From contig OX597821.1 in assembly GCA_951406725.2 (NCBI GenBank), forward strand, positions 21,142,001 to 21,206,000: a stretch of DNA of 64,000 nt. The letters are read 5' to 3'. The notes under the pieces are model-generated. The model was given only the letters and a program-made list of their open reading frames with translations. It was not told where the DNA came from and made no database searches. The DNA comes from Octopus vulgaris. Its lineage: Eukaryota. Position 1 is the stretch's first letter. Each line of letters opens with the position of its first letter. The position numbers and the translations under genes were made by a program. This document shows, one piece after another, positions 46,041 to 61,940 of the stretch.

Positions 46041-47620
46041 AAAATATTTTATCGATTTTGTCGATGCGTAAGCTTCCTAATGTAGAAGGAATATCTATCG
46101 TTGGGTTGAAATACAAGTAAAGTAATGACACAATGTAATGCTGGGAGGAATTGCCATCTACTGACTCTAGAAATAACCCAATTTGTTGGATTCTATATGG
46201 CTCAGAACAGCCTAGTGTTCGGGTCCAAAACGCGTCTCAGATAGAGCCATACGGCTATGGCTAACAGCTGGTAGAGGAATGGGTGCAACCAAGCTAACTT
46301 GGCCATAATACATTCATAATGATGACTAAATGAGAAGCCATACTAGATTGTTCGTCGCCTGGGTTACCATCAAAGACGGTACATGCCTCAGATCCGCCGA
46401 CTCACAGAAGACAGAAGAAGATCGAAAGAAGTGGCGAAACCTGGTTACAATGTCATCCATGAATGCAGCAATGACGAGATGTTCAAGGTATAAGACGGAA
46501 GAAGGAAGTAAGTAAAGAATAAAACATGAATATAAGGAAATAATCCGTTTTGTGCTACTTTAGAATCACCAAGCCTAAACTAAAAACAGATTATCTGTTG
46601 AGGTAAAGTTATAGCAAGTATGTGAGAATGTGCATCGGTGTTTTGAAGATTGTATGCAAGTTGTAACATGAGTGCGGGTAAAATTTTTCAGAAAAGGATT
46701 AAGCTTATAACTGTTTGACAAAAAATGCCGAAGAATTCCCAGAACGATATGTAGTTTTTTTCAATCAAGATATAGTAGATTGTAAAAAATCTGAGATACA
46801 AAATCGACATTAATAAATTGTAAAATAAGTCAAATACCCAAACAAGCTTGAATACACATAGGCATGCAAGCCTCTTTGTTTTTTCCATCTATCCGTCGCT
46901 GTCTTTCACTCACTGTCACGTTGACATATAATTATTGCATGGTTCACAGCTTAAATACCAGTTATATACAGGGGTCAAATTTATATTCCGCTGGATAACA
47001 GGCACTGAAAAGTAAAGCAATTAGGCACAGTTTGTTTGCAAAGCAGATCAAATACAAAGATTCCAGGATTTCATTTCATTCGCGCAACAAATCTTTCAGC
47101 GTAAGTCATAAAATATAAAATATCCCATTTCATCCGTTCTTCCTCTTATAAATGGCTTCTATTCGTTGCTAAAATCAATCCAATAACTCTTCTATCCACT
47201 TTTAAACATTAGACGTCGTTTTGACTAAGATCTTACGTTTTAATTAGTAACGAATCCACTGTAAATTAACAAAGAGTCAGAGATTTAAATTAACTACAAA
47301 TGCCACGAGCACCGCTTTTGCTTGTCAATTTTAAATTTCAAATTGGAAAAGCTTGTTTTATTTAGAAGTTTGTTGTACAAGCCTTTCTGTTTTACATTTC
47401 ATTTTTGTTTTATCATTTAGAGTCAATATTTCTTCTTCTTCGTATATTTCCTCAATTTATTTGCCACTGTTGCTTTTGAGGCGACTATAATATTGCTCAG
47501 CATCCCTCAAGTACAAATTCTTGTTGTTGTTGTTGCTATTGTTGTTGTATTTATTTTTATTATTATTGCTGCTGTTGCTGCTGCTGTTGTTGTTGTTATT
47601 ATTATTAATATTATTATTAC

Positions 47621-47671
<51 letters not shown>

Positions 47672-47984
47672 CATCATCATTTCCTTCATCTGAAGGGCCC
47701 CTCTGGGAAATAAAAGAAAATATCATGAACATCATCACCATCATCATCATCATTATCATCATGACTGAAGAAGATAAAGTTATGATTGTAATTATTATGA
47801 ATGTTATCGAAGTTCATTCTCTTCTATCAGCCGTTCCGTTTGTTGTCGTTCAGAGAGTTTGATGGCCGCGATAGGAATAAAGCCCTGATACAATTTCAGA
47901 GCCATAACTTGATGGCGCCACCTGAAATGACAGGATCTTCTCACAGCACTGCAATTCAATGATTGATACGATAAAGGAATAGAC

Positions 47985-48203
<219 letters not shown>

Positions 48204-48985
48204 AGAGTAGAAATTATTTCTTTATTCCTCACAAGAGCCGGGAATAATATTAAAGACATTCTAAAGACAATTGACAGTGTGGATTTACATAAAAAGTGGG
48301 GAAACAAATGAAAAGATATCAACAAAACTTTTTAAGAAACATGTATTCCAATAGGGGTAAGACGCCATCTAGAGGCAAGCAAGGAACCCTACAGTTTCCA
48401 AGCCATCATATAGACCACGAGTGCCGCGGCAAGTACTCCTCTCCCCTCTTCACTCCGCAGCCTACATAAAATTCGTAGACGCCCAACAAGCTACCAATAA
48501 CAGCGGACTGAGAAGAAGAGAACTAAAAGAGATATGAAATTCACGACAAGTGTAACTCCAGTGGTAGCTAGCACACAGTAAGTGCCTATTTCATGGATTT
48601 CTTAGAAGCATTTTCCTAAATTCTCTCCTCTATGATTACGTATTCCTAATTCATTACTGAAGGGTTTAAAAAATTGCTTATGTATCTATTTCGAATATTC
48701 CTATTTAGTACACTGCCGTATACGAAATATCCTCATGTCGTTATATTTTACATTTAGCTTTCTTTAATTGTTAAAAATACGATCATATTCCAGTAGCAAT
48801 TTCTTGCGTATTGATTAAACCGATGATTCATTTAAGAAACACTGAATGAACGTCGTTAGTCGACTTGTATACACACGCAGACACGCAACACACACAGTCA
48901 TTACATAGATATAAATGTATGTATATGTACGTGAAATATATACCGATACCTATGAAGATATATATATATATATATGAATGTATAA

Positions 48986-49392
48986 GCGCAGGTGTGGCAC
49001 TGTGGTTAGAAACTTGCTTCCCAACCACATGGTTCCGGGTTCAGTCCTACTGCATGACACCTTGCTCATGTGTCTTCTACTATAGTCTCGAGCCGACCAA
49101 AGCCTTGTAAGTGGATTTGGTAGACGGAAACTGAAAGAAGCCCATCGTGTATACATGTATACATATTTATGTGTGTGTGTCTTTGTGTCTACGTTTGTCC
49201 CTCCAAGCGCCAGCATCGCTTGAAAACCGGGGTTGTTGTGTTTATGTCACCGAAACTTAGCGGTTCGGCAAAAGAGACAGATAGATTAAGTACTAGGCTT
49301 ACAAAGAATTAGTACAAAAAATATATCCTGGAGTTGACTAAAGGTGCTGTTCCAGCATGACCGCAATCAAATGACTGAAACGTATAAACGAG
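48986..49392 (+). mobile_element. SINE family A, copy 3 (more diverged)
   Basis: Same head, central block and tail as copies 1 and 2. Confidence 0.85.
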
Positions 49393-49872
49393 TAGTAGAT
49401 GTATATGCACATTTGCATTATATGTAAATGTACATATATCTGTAAAAAAATACAGAGATGACTGTATGTATATATACATAATTCAGTAACAGGCGTGAGT
49501 CTGTATGATTGTGTGTGTACGAATGTGAACATGATACTCCCTGAACAGAGAAAACAATAAAAAGGATAACAACTATATCTAGCGAGATCTGTGCATCTAT
49601 TATTCTATATTCTGCACATTTAAACATTAATACAAAAATCTTAACTTGCTACATCTATCCCAGACGGATTGATTTCAAGAGTTCTATCTAAAAGAATCTT
49701 TTTACCGTAAGCGATATAATCAACAGCTTTATTCTTGTAATGTCGCTCGTAAAATATTTATCAAAAACAGTTAATAAAACGTCAATGAAGCGCAGAATCG
49801 CCATCTTACATTTAGTTTTCTTTAATGGTTATCTAGAGGAAAATGTGTAAATAAATATATATGAATATATAT

Positions 49873-49995
<123 letters not shown>

Positions 49996-50033
49996 TATAT
50001 CTACCTCAAGTTCATTTGAGCACATCTTTATAT

Positions 50034-50071
<38 letters not shown>

Positions 50072-50281
50072 GTAAATTCATAGATGTACACACAGATAAG
50101 TGAGTAGGCTGGATAAAACATTAATCGATTAAAACTCTCAATGCTTACTTACACGCACACATAGTGGCATGTATATGCATATATACATATAAACAAGCAC
50201 ACAAACATGCACACAAACATGCACACTCAGACGCACACACAGTTAAAGACACACATATATATATATATATATACATGTATG

Positions 50282-50357
<76 letters not shown>

Positions 50358-50489
50358 TGTGTGTGTGTGTAAATATGTGTGTTTGTGTGTGTGTTTCGGT
50401 TAATAGTAATCTGCTTCAAAATTACATTGCAATAACGTGACAGTATGTGTAGAAATTTATACATACATATGACTACACTTATGTGTGTG

Positions 50490-50541
<52 letters not shown>

Positions 50542-50769
50542 TGTATGTATATATATATGTATTTGTATGTATACATACATGCAAATATACATGTGTATGT
50601 GGGAGAAGGGCTGTATGTATATATTAAGTATGCATAAATTGAATGAAATATATATGTGCTTATATATTTTTATGGACTTAATATGTATACACTCATAAAT
50701 ATAACACTACCATTATATCTGATGCTGTTACATGAAAAATAACTATTATTATATTCATAATAATGGTGG

Positions 50770-51075
50770 TCTTAAATTTTGATCGAATTTATTCCGACTG
50801 AATCCTAACTCGAGACGTAAAGAGCAAAAAATGCAGCGAAGCATTATGGCCAAATCGTTAGTGGCTCTGCCAGTATGCCGCCTAATAATATTGGTGATAA
50901 TAATAATCCCTTCGACTGGAGACACATGGCCTCAAATTTGAGGCATATTATTTAAGTTGATTACATCGACTCCAGTGCGTAACTGGTATTTAATTTAATC
51001 GACCCCGAAAAGATGAACGGAAAAGTTGACCCCGACGGTATTTAACATCAGAACGTAGCGGCAAGCGAAATAGTT

Positions 51076-51144
<69 letters not shown>

Positions 51145-52116
51145 GGCCCTGATGCCGTACCAAGCAGTAGTTCTCACGGCTACTCATCTTAACTGATTGG
51201 AAGCGTTATTCTGTACATTGCTTTGTTTTGTTATAAAGGATGGGCTACAGCAAATATTCTGCTCAATACCACAGATTTGCATGTCAGTTGTTTGGCCTTA
51301 ACCAGTTCAGCATGACCCTTAGTGATTGATGATATGTGCATCTCTGATCACGAGCAGTAGAGGGGGCGCATCATAGCCATATATTGAGAGGAATTATTTA
51401 GGGTTTGGATAATTTACCTCTGGAATCATGGATGTTTCATTCATCATCTTGAAACAAATCTTATTAAGGGATTTGTTGATTGGGATGGGTTGTTCGACCC
51501 GAAAAAATGTCAATCTGGGCCCCACCTGTGATGTCATACGCTGTTAGTCTTGGTATGAGATCACCGTATTGCGCACGTATGGTTGTGTACATGTACCTGG
51601 TGTACAAACGGGTAGCCATGATGGGTACATTGCGCTTCGTGTATATGTATCCCTGTGTCACTTTGATGGTATGCACTCTTCTCTAAGTAAAAATTATAAT
51701 AATGACGATGATGATTAACATCATCATCATCATTCTAAATAACGGCACAATGCCTGCAATTTTGAAGGAACGAGTAGGTTGATTACATTGACCTCAGTTC
51801 ACGACTGGTAGTTTCTTTGTCTACCTCAATGAGATGAAATGCAAAGCCGACCTCAGTGTACTTCGAACCCTGACTGTAAAGGCGGAAAAATCCGCTGTGC
51901 GTTTTGTCCAGTTTCTTACCGATCCTGCCAATTCTAATAAAAAAATTCCTCCAGACACGAAGCCTAAAATTTTGTGGGGCGGTTTAAGTAGATATCAACT
52001 GGTATTTATTTTATCGACTCCTGAAGGATGAAAGGAATTTTCAACCCGGACGTGAAGCCGGATTAAATGAGACGAAGTAATGTGTCCGATGCGCAAATGA
52101 TTCTGCCAGCTCGCTT
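50770..52116 (-). mobile_element. Degraded SINE family B fragments (50770-51076 and 51743-52116), minus strand
   Basis: ccagtgcgtaactggtatttaatttaatcgaccccgaaaagatgaacgg and related blocks are reverse complements of the family B core. Confidence 0.75.
51144..51690 (+). mobile_element. Family D, apparently full length (~550 bp), between (TAA)n and taat/gat repeats
   Basis: Begins ggccctgatgccgtacc directly after (TAA)n; the body is the reverse complement of 32435-32910; no protein motif. Confidence 0.8.
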
Positions 52117-52349
52117 CGCTAGTAACAATAACAATATGTAGTAGTAGTAGTAGTAGTAGTAGTAGTTGTTGTTATTTTTGTGATGATGGTGGTTGTGGTA
52201 GTGGAAGTGGTGATGATGTTGGGGTGGTGATGATGTCGGTAGTGGTGGTGGTGGTGGTGGTGGTGGTGGTTAGGGTGGTGATGATTATGGTGATAGTGGT
52301 GATGGTGGTGGCGGTGTGAACAGCAGTCAGCAACAGAAGCCACATCATC

Positions 52350-52403
<54 letters not shown>

Positions 52404-53370
52404 GTCAACGTCATCGTCATCATTATCATCATCATCATCATCATCATCATCATCTTCATCGTCATCATTATCATCATCATCACCCCAAAATCAGCAACTA
52501 GAATAAAACACAATATATTGACAATTTGTGGTTATTTTGTGAGTTTCTTCTAAACATATAAAGTAAAAGATGGCGGGGAGAGGGGTTTAATGAAGGAAAT
52601 TGGGAAAGGGGAATAATGAATGGGCGACACGTATTATATGGATGGCAAGTCTACGTGTAGAGCGGCATAGAAATAGATGAAAGCTGGGAAAAGAAACAGC
52701 GAAAAATAGAGTAATAAATGAGACAATGACTGAAAGAAATAGGTAAAAGAAATATGTCAGAATAAAGGAAACTTGAATGATGAGTGAAGGAATGGCGGCA
52801 AGTAAAGAACGTCAAACAGACAGAAGACAGTCAGACGATGAATTAGGAAATGAAGAGAAGACTACAGCCACGACGACAAGCGTCGGTACTACGTCATCCA
52901 ACACAAAGAAATTCGGGTGAGAGAGAGCGAGAGAGAGAGAGTTATAAAGAGAGAGAGAGAAAGAGATTAAGAGAATGGGAGAGAGATGTGAGGAAGTTGT
53001 AGAAATGAACCATTGAAAGTGTGTCGCAATACTGCAATATCTGTTTTGTTTTAAAGTGCATTGATATACCTTGATATATAGCGCTGAAGATGGATTATTG
53101 GTTACGAGAGGAGGAGGGTGAGTGTGAGGGTGACAAGGAAATGCGGGGGGAGGAAGAAAAAAGATGGAGCATGAAAGACAAAAGAGAGAGAGAGAGAGAG
53201 AGTGATATATGTAGCTGAGAGGGAAAGGAAAAGGGGCGTGGGGGAAGCTATGCGTGATCTCCAGCGGAATTATGTTACATTATTCTTTGATGAATCGAAC
53301 TTGTTTGCTACTGTGGGTGGAGGTGAAGTGGGGGCGTGCGTTTGTAGAGTGACTCTGTGTACGTGTGTGC

Positions 53371-53437
<67 letters not shown>

Positions 53438-53538
53438 CTTGAGTATTTCGATATAAGCGTCGTCACACAAAACGTCATTATTTGCCAGACACCGTTGATT
53501 ATCGCACAAAACATCTTGCATTGCTTCTTTTGGCTCTA

Positions 53539-54340
53539 AGGCGGCGAGGTAGCAGAAACGTTAACACGCCGGGCGAAATGCTTAGCAGTATTTCGTCTGC
53601 CGCAACGTTCTGATTTCAAATTCCGCCGAGGTCGACTTTGCCTTTCATCTTTTCAGGGTCTATAAATTAAGTACCAGTTACGCACTGGGGTCGATATAAT
53701 CGACTTAATCCGTTTGCCTGTCCTTGTTTATACTCTCTGTGTTTAGGCCCTTGTAGGTAGTAAAGAAATAAGTATTTCGTCTGCCGCTACGTTCTGAGTT
53801 CAAATTCTGCGCAGGTCGACTTTGCCCTTCATCTTAAACACTGGGGTCGATGAAATCGACTCATCCCCTCCCCACAATTTGCCCTTGCGACAAAGTTTGT
53901 AACCATTATTTCTTTCGGATCTAGGACAGAGAGCTAGCAGAATCGTTAGCGCGCAGCACAAGATGCTTAGCGACATTTCGTCCATCTTTACGTTCTGAGT
54001 TCGTATTCCGCCGAGGTTTACTTTGTCATTCAATCTTTCGAAATCGATAAGATCATTACTAGTTGAGTACTGGGATCGATGTAATCGACTTGACCCCTTC
54101 CCCGAAATTTGTAACTAATATTTCTCTCTAGGAGGGTGAGCTGGTAGAATATTTAGCAGGTTCAGCAAGATGCTTAGCGGCATTTGTCCGCCTTTACATT
54201 CTGAGTTCAAATTCCGCCGAGGTCGACGATGCCTTTTATCCTTTCCAGGACAATAGATTAAGACCAGTTGAAAAGTGGGGTGGCCAAGTAATCAACTTAG
54301 CCACTTCCTCGAAATTTCTCACCTTGTGCCAAGATTTGAA
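53539..54340 (+). mobile_element. Tandem cluster of at least 4 SINE family B units
   Basis: Repeated ttctga(g/t)ttc(a)aattc(c)g...ggtcgac blocks in units ~53539-53772, 53773-53900, 53929-54110, 54132-54340. Confidence 0.88.
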
Positions 54341-54912
54341 AGCAATGTTTCTTTCAGCTCTTTATCTTCTAATTTCAAATTTAGAAGTGCTTTGTACTTT
54401 ATCATAACAGGGTTGATAAGTTAAACAAATTGGGAAATGTTAAGTTTGATATAAGTGACCGTTCTCACGATCCTCGCAAATTTCTAGCGTTGTTTTTCTC
54501 AGGATATGATCAGACATAAAGCAAACACACCAGCAGAAATATCTTGATCCCCGTGAGCGAGACTACGACCCCGACAACTTGGTGGTAGTCTCGTGTAGTC
54601 TGAGAAAGCATGTTCTGCAATTTCTTGCTGAACGACCCGCACAAGTAATTTATTTATACTGATCAAATGGCTGTGGTGTACATTAACTAACCCCTTCCAT
54701 TAAATCTACTTGGTCGATTGTGCTGGTATACAGTGTACCAAGCGCCAGTTGTTGAAATGTTCACCGAGCAACGTAAGATGAAGTGCTTCGCTCAAGGGCA
54801 CAACGCCACATCCAGTCCAGAAAGTGAACTACGATATCGTGATCGTGAATGCAGCACCATAAATTTTGCGTCATGCACTCTCAAACTTCTGCAACATAAA
54901 CAAAGGCGATCC
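54047..54912 (+). repeat. Left arm (probable donor) of ~866-bp inverted duplication
   Basis: Reverse complement of 58105-58970; about 14 substitutions and no indels by hand count. Confidence 0.95.
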
Positions 54913-55257
54913 GGTGAGAATATTCTTCTTGCCATAGGCCTCTCTGTAGCTCAGGTTTCCAAACGATCATCAATAATAACTTACGTCTAGAATGAAGTGT
55001 ATTGCTTTTCCATTTTTGCATCAAAAATGTTCATGATAGTTTATAACACTCCACCACGTGGACAATGCTACTACAAGGATATGCTCTCTCGCGTTATGTA
55101 ATGAATTAATGGTAGGGCGGAGTGATGATGAATCTGGATATCAACGGCAAAAGTCTATCCAACCTCTTCTGGAGTTCCTTGAAGCCAGAGACTAGAAACA
55201 GCTTCTAAAATCCTTTGGGTACAGAGTGGCTAATTTCCGTTTCGAGATAAGATATAA

Positions 55258-55535
55258 TTGTTCCTTCTCGAGCCACGCCTGGCTCAAAAGGGCCGGTTTC
55301 CTTGGCGTATAGGTTCCTCCGAGACGCAGGTGAGCTGCAAGATGCAGGAGGAAAGAATGAGAGAAAGTTGTGGCGAAAGAGTCAGCAGAAGTTCGCCATT
55401 ACCTTTTGCCGGAGCGGCGTGGAGCTTAGATGTTTCGCTCATAAACACACACATCACCCGGTCTGAGATCCGAACCCGCGATCCCTCGACCGTGAGTCCG
55501 CTTCTCTAACTACTAGGCCATTTGCTTCAACACGA
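55258..55535 (-). mobile_element. tRNA-headed SINE family C, tail type 1
   Basis: Minus strand tggcctagtagttagagaagcggactcacggtcg..gggttcggatc..gagcgaaacatctaagctccacg shares head and body with 61941-62230. Confidence 0.82.
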
Positions 55536-56547
55536 TAAGATAAAATGCCAGCAGTTAAATATGTCCTTGATACGTGGATGGTGATTAAACTCTCCTGTAT
55601 ATTCTAGTTCAAATACCGTGCATTAGAGAATTTTGACTTTTTATTGAAGAGTTCTTGCTACGTAAGTAATACGTCAGGAAACCAATCGTGTCTATCGATG
55701 TACGACCTGACTATAGCATTGAATGTTAGCTCGTTTCCTCCGCTATTCTGGATACGATGTAACTGCCTTGAACCCTCTTGCCAAAGTTTATGCCATGTGC
55801 TTAAGGATTATTATTGCTATTGTAACAATTGTTATTGCTGCTGCTGTTGTTGTGGTTGTTGACTTTGCTGTGGTTATTGCTGAAGCTCCGAAGATATCTC
55901 AATTAATATTAAAACTGTAGTGGAATGTTGCAATTGATTAGTTCAATATAGGTTTTCATTTATATATATTCATGGATATATTCGTGTGCGTGCGCGCCTG
56001 CCTATGGTGTGAAGTATGCGACAGGGATGAGAGAGTGTGTGAGATAGACAAAGGGAGAGAGAGAGACGTAGTAGTAAAGACTGAGAAATGTGTGTGACTG
56101 GTCAACAGACAGCAGTTATTCTAAGCACGATTCAAACCAAAACAATCTGAAGAAAGCAAAATATTTCCAGTAAGCAATAGAAAAACCTATAAAACAATCA
56201 TAACAAAACTTATCTAGAGACACTTTAGGTCTTTTTCAATTAAGCTGTGAAGTTAGCAGACAATTAATACACAAATTATCGCTTGTTTCGTATCTTGTAC
56301 GTGAATATTAGCATTTTCTAGATATAATCATATAGTTTTATTGTTATTTCATATAATTATCGTTTTAATCTACATCAACAATTCTCTGTGCTTCTCACAT
56401 TTTCCTGCTTCTTCATATTCTTAGACATTTTTTTAGACAAATGCTTTTGCAAGATTTCCCAGCTTATGTTTTTGTTCTAATTGCTTTTCTCCTACCTCGT
56501 TCCATTTCTTCATTACCATCTCGTTCTTCTTCTTCTTCTTCTTCTTC

Positions 56548-56654
<107 letters not shown>

Positions 56655-57025
56655 ATTCCTTTCTATCCTATATTTTCCTTCTTCGTTCTCTTCAGTTTTA
56701 TCTGCTGTCGTTTCTCTCCTCTGTTGATGATATTTTTGTAATTACCCTTAATATAATTTATACGACATTATCACTATCATTATTATTGCTAGAAATCAAA
56801 TAATAATGCTATAATTATAACAATGATAATAATAATAATAATAATGAGAATAACAATCACAGTACAATAATCACAACAATGCAAAATTAATATTCAGTAA
56901 CCGGTTCTTCATCATCACTATAGGCAGCAGCAGCAGCATCGTTGGCAGCAGTTGGTGTTCTGGATGCAGAAGCAATAGCAGCCGTTGTAGTAGTGATGAT
57001 GGTGATGATGGTCGTGGCGGTCGTG

Positions 57026-57078
<53 letters not shown>

Positions 57079-57249
57079 CAGACCGTTGTAGTTTATTTTG
57101 CTCTATCATCTCTATAGTAATAGTATATAGCAACACAAACCGTGAAGCTCAACATCGCAGTTATCCCAACAGTCGCCAAGATATACTTATCTTTTTCATC
57201 TCATCATTATATATCATTTTTATTATTATTATTACTACTAATATAGAGT

Positions 57250-58104
<855 letters not shown>

Positions 58105-58970
58105 GGATCGCCTTTGTTTATGTTGCAGAAGTTTGAGAGTGCATGACGCAAAATTTATGGTGCTGCATTCACGATCACGATATCGTAGTTCACTTTCTGG
58201 ACTGGATGTGGCGTTGTGCCCTTGAGCGAAGCACTTCATCTTACGTTGCTCGGTGAACATTTCAACAACTGGCGCTTGGTACACTGTATACCAGCGCAAT
58301 GGACCAAGTAGATTTAATGGAAGGGGTTAGTTAATGTACACCACAGCCATTTGATCAGTATAACTAAATTACTTGTGCAGGTCGTTCAGCAAGAAATTGT
58401 AGAACATGCTTTCTCAGACTACACGAGATTACCACCAAGTTGTCGGGGTCGTAGTCTCGCTCACGGGGATCAAGATATTTCTGCTGGTGTTATTGCTTTA
58501 TGTCTGATCATATCCTGAGAAAAACAACGCTAGAAATTTGCGAGGATCGTGAGAACGGTCACTTATATCAAACTTAACATTTCCCAATTTGTTTAACTTA
58601 TCAACCCTGTTATGATAAAGTACAAAGCACTTCTAAATTTGAAATTAGAAGATAAAGAGCTGAAAGAAACATTGCTTTCAAATCTTGGCACAAGGTGAGA
58701 AATTTCGAGGAAGTGGCTAAGTTGATTACTTGGCCACCCCACTTCTCAACTGGTCTTAATCTATTGTCCTGGAAAGGATAAAAGGCATCGTCGACCTCGG
58801 CGGAATTTGAACTCAGAATGTAAAGGCGGACAAATGCCGCTAAGCATCTTGCTGAGCCTGCTAAAGATTCTACCAGCTCACCCTCCTAGAGAGAAATATT
58901 AGTTTCAAATTTCGGGGAAGGGGTCAAGTCGATTACCTCGACCCCAGTACTCAACTAGTAATGATCTTAT
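58105..58970 (-). repeat. Right arm (probable inserted copy) of inverted duplication
   Basis: As above; it interrupts the R4-like relic. Confidence 0.95.
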
Positions 58971-59870
58971 TGACTGGAAAATACCAGAGTAATAATGACA
59001 ATAATAATAATATTAGCAATAATGATAATAACTCGTGGAGAGTTTTATATTCGTTTGGTGTCAGCATAGGATATCCCGCGACGAGATGGTCTACTGTTTC
59101 GTCAATTGTGTCACAGAATCTGCATTTAGGATCAGAACCGTTTTGAAGAACGTTAGACTGGCATTTTTGTGTGCAAACTGATTTTCTGCCGCTAATATGA
59201 AAACTTCAGTTGCTGCTTTCAGTCATGTACTTCTCAGTTACTGATGCGTTGTTGCATGATCTACATCAGTATTTCGACTTCGAAGTATATACTGTCCATG
59301 TAGAGGCTTCTGGCTCCACCGCTACTTAATTTCTTTCTGCCCGTTCTAGAACGCGCTCTGTTCCATTGTACGTCCGGTAGCACGGATCAGAGCACGGAAA
59401 TGGTACGAGAATGAACTAGAACGGGTCACCGAGAACAAGTAATATATGATACAGTGGGATTTGCAATCCAATGTGACTCCCTAATCGATTATTTTCCTCT
59501 TTTGTTTCTGACTTCCCCTTTTTCTCTATGCCATCAGTGTAGCGTTGCACCTTTAATCTTTTTGCCCGCACAAGTTGTTTTAGGGATTCGATAACAGTTT
59601 TGAACCTTTTCTTTTCTATTCAGTGTTTTGCGTCAAGATATGCCCTTGCACAATTTTTAGCATTTTACCATTGCATTTTGGACCATTCTTCTATGCGACT
59701 CAGACTTTTACCCAAAGTTTTAATATCGCCTTTAATTCTCCGCTTCTATCTTTATTATTATTCGTGGTCAACTTGGCCTTTCATCCTTCCAAGGGAGATA
59801 ACATTAGTAACATTAAGCACTGACGTTAACGCAATCGATTATCCACCTCCCCTTGTGCCTATATTAGAAA

Positions 59871-60024
<154 letters not shown>

Positions 60025-60114
60025 CATTATTATTTATAATAATGATAATAATAATAATAATAATTATTATTATTATTATAATAATAATTATTATTATTAT
60101 TATTATTATTATCA

Positions 60115-60170
<56 letters not shown>

Positions 60171-61940
60171 TTTAAATTATGAGAAATCATCGTCATTATC
60201 ATCGCCATTAACATTATTGTTGTTTGTTTGCTTTTGTTACCTTTACTGTTATTATTGCCGAAGAAAATAGATCTTCTTTATATTAATCTTCATATATTCT
60301 TCCAATATTTTCCAGTTTATTTTATTAGAGTCGATAAAATTTCCAGAAGACTCTGTAGAATTATTTCCATGAACAGTTCATATCTTTATATACAGTTTTA
60401 TGAGCATTAGGATATAATCTTGTATGTACTTTTTTTTACTTAGAATCTACTAATATGTGGAGATAAATTAACGAAGCCAAATCAAATTCGGAGTGCATTT
60501 CATAAAGATATCCGAATTACATTTCCGAGTATATGTTTACGTTAAGAAATAATACGATACGTAAAAATATGTAGATAAACTGCAGTGTGTCCTCACTTGT
60601 CAATACTTCGTGAGGTTGAAGAGAGTTGCAGCAGTAGGAAAACTTAAGGTATAAGAAAAGTATAAGGTTTTCGAACATAAAGCTTATACGTAGTGTACAA
60701 ATTTGTGATGTGTACGTATTTATACAAAAAACAATGTGTGGGTGCGTGCGCACGCGTGTACGTGTGCGTGTGTGCATGTTAGTGTGTGTAGTATACATGT
60801 ATATGCTTGTGTCTGTGTGTCTATGTGCTATTCCATTTCTCTCTCTCCTCTCTCTCTCACTCCTTTTCTCTCTGTGCAAAATGGTTTCTATGGTTAAGAA
60901 CCTTGCATCAGGGCATTATTGCTGCTGTTGCTGTTCTTGTTGGAGTTGTTGTTGTTGTTGTTGCTGTTATTCTTTGTGTTTGGAAAAACGACGCTTGTTC
61001 GTGGCTCGTAAGTTTTCTTTCAAATTTGTTGTTTAATATTTTTGGTGTTCGAATTTTTGTTGGATTCTTTCCAAAATAAGCCAGCTCGCTCAGCTTACAT
61101 TGGTGTAGTTTGATGTAAAATTTGCACTTTGTTGGTGAATTTTGAGATTCAAAATTTAAATTTTTACATTTCAAAAGAAAAAAAAAAGAAAAAGCCCACA
61201 AGAATGCCGTTTACCAAATTAAGGCAAGTGACGGCTGCTGTAACAGCCATTATGATATTATTTTCCCATCACTAGTTGATATGATCGAGAGACAAATCGC
61301 AGACATCATACTAGCTGACGCTAAAAATACTTACGTATGACACTGAGTGAACTAGTGACTAGGGAATTGACCAATTCTTAGACCGTAATTCGTTGACTAT
61401 AAATTCCGGCTGATGAAACCATTTGAACACTCGCCCTCGAAATCGACGGAGATCCATTGACTTGATTTGCTGACGTGTATATAAATCTCATGTCACTTAT
61501 ATGTTTGCAAAATCGTCACATTTCATAACATAATTAAAATTAATCGTTTATTAATTTTGGCGTTATTAGTTTTGATACATTCACCTAATTATGGCTATCA
61601 ATCTAGCATGTTTATAGTAGTGGTGGTTGTGGTGGTGGTTGTCGTTGTCGTCGTGGTGCCGGTGCTCATATTTCTCTTAATAATCTGAGGCACGCTCTGT
61701 TAATCATTTTACTTTCATTTATAAGCGTCATTTTGACGCCATATTCTTCCGTCACTAAATATCAAACAAGTTAAGATATATAATGTTATTTGTGTTAATA
61801 AATTGAATTCTATAATCAAACTCCACGTAACTATATTTATATGTGTACAACAAATTAATAAAATGTGACTAATTACACTAACAAACATACGCATATACAC
61901 ATACATGTATATACTTGCATATATACCCATATATATTACA

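Noticed and set aside
51144-51220. HDV-like ribozyme at the 5' end of family D
   Set aside because: Partial P1 and a P4-like hairpin can be drawn, but no convincing L3/P1.1 or J4/2 motif.
61404-61456. Hammerhead at CTGATGA..GAAATCGA (related copy at ~235-290, minus)
   Set aside because: No proper stem II and no UH cleavage triplet; at best a decayed relic.
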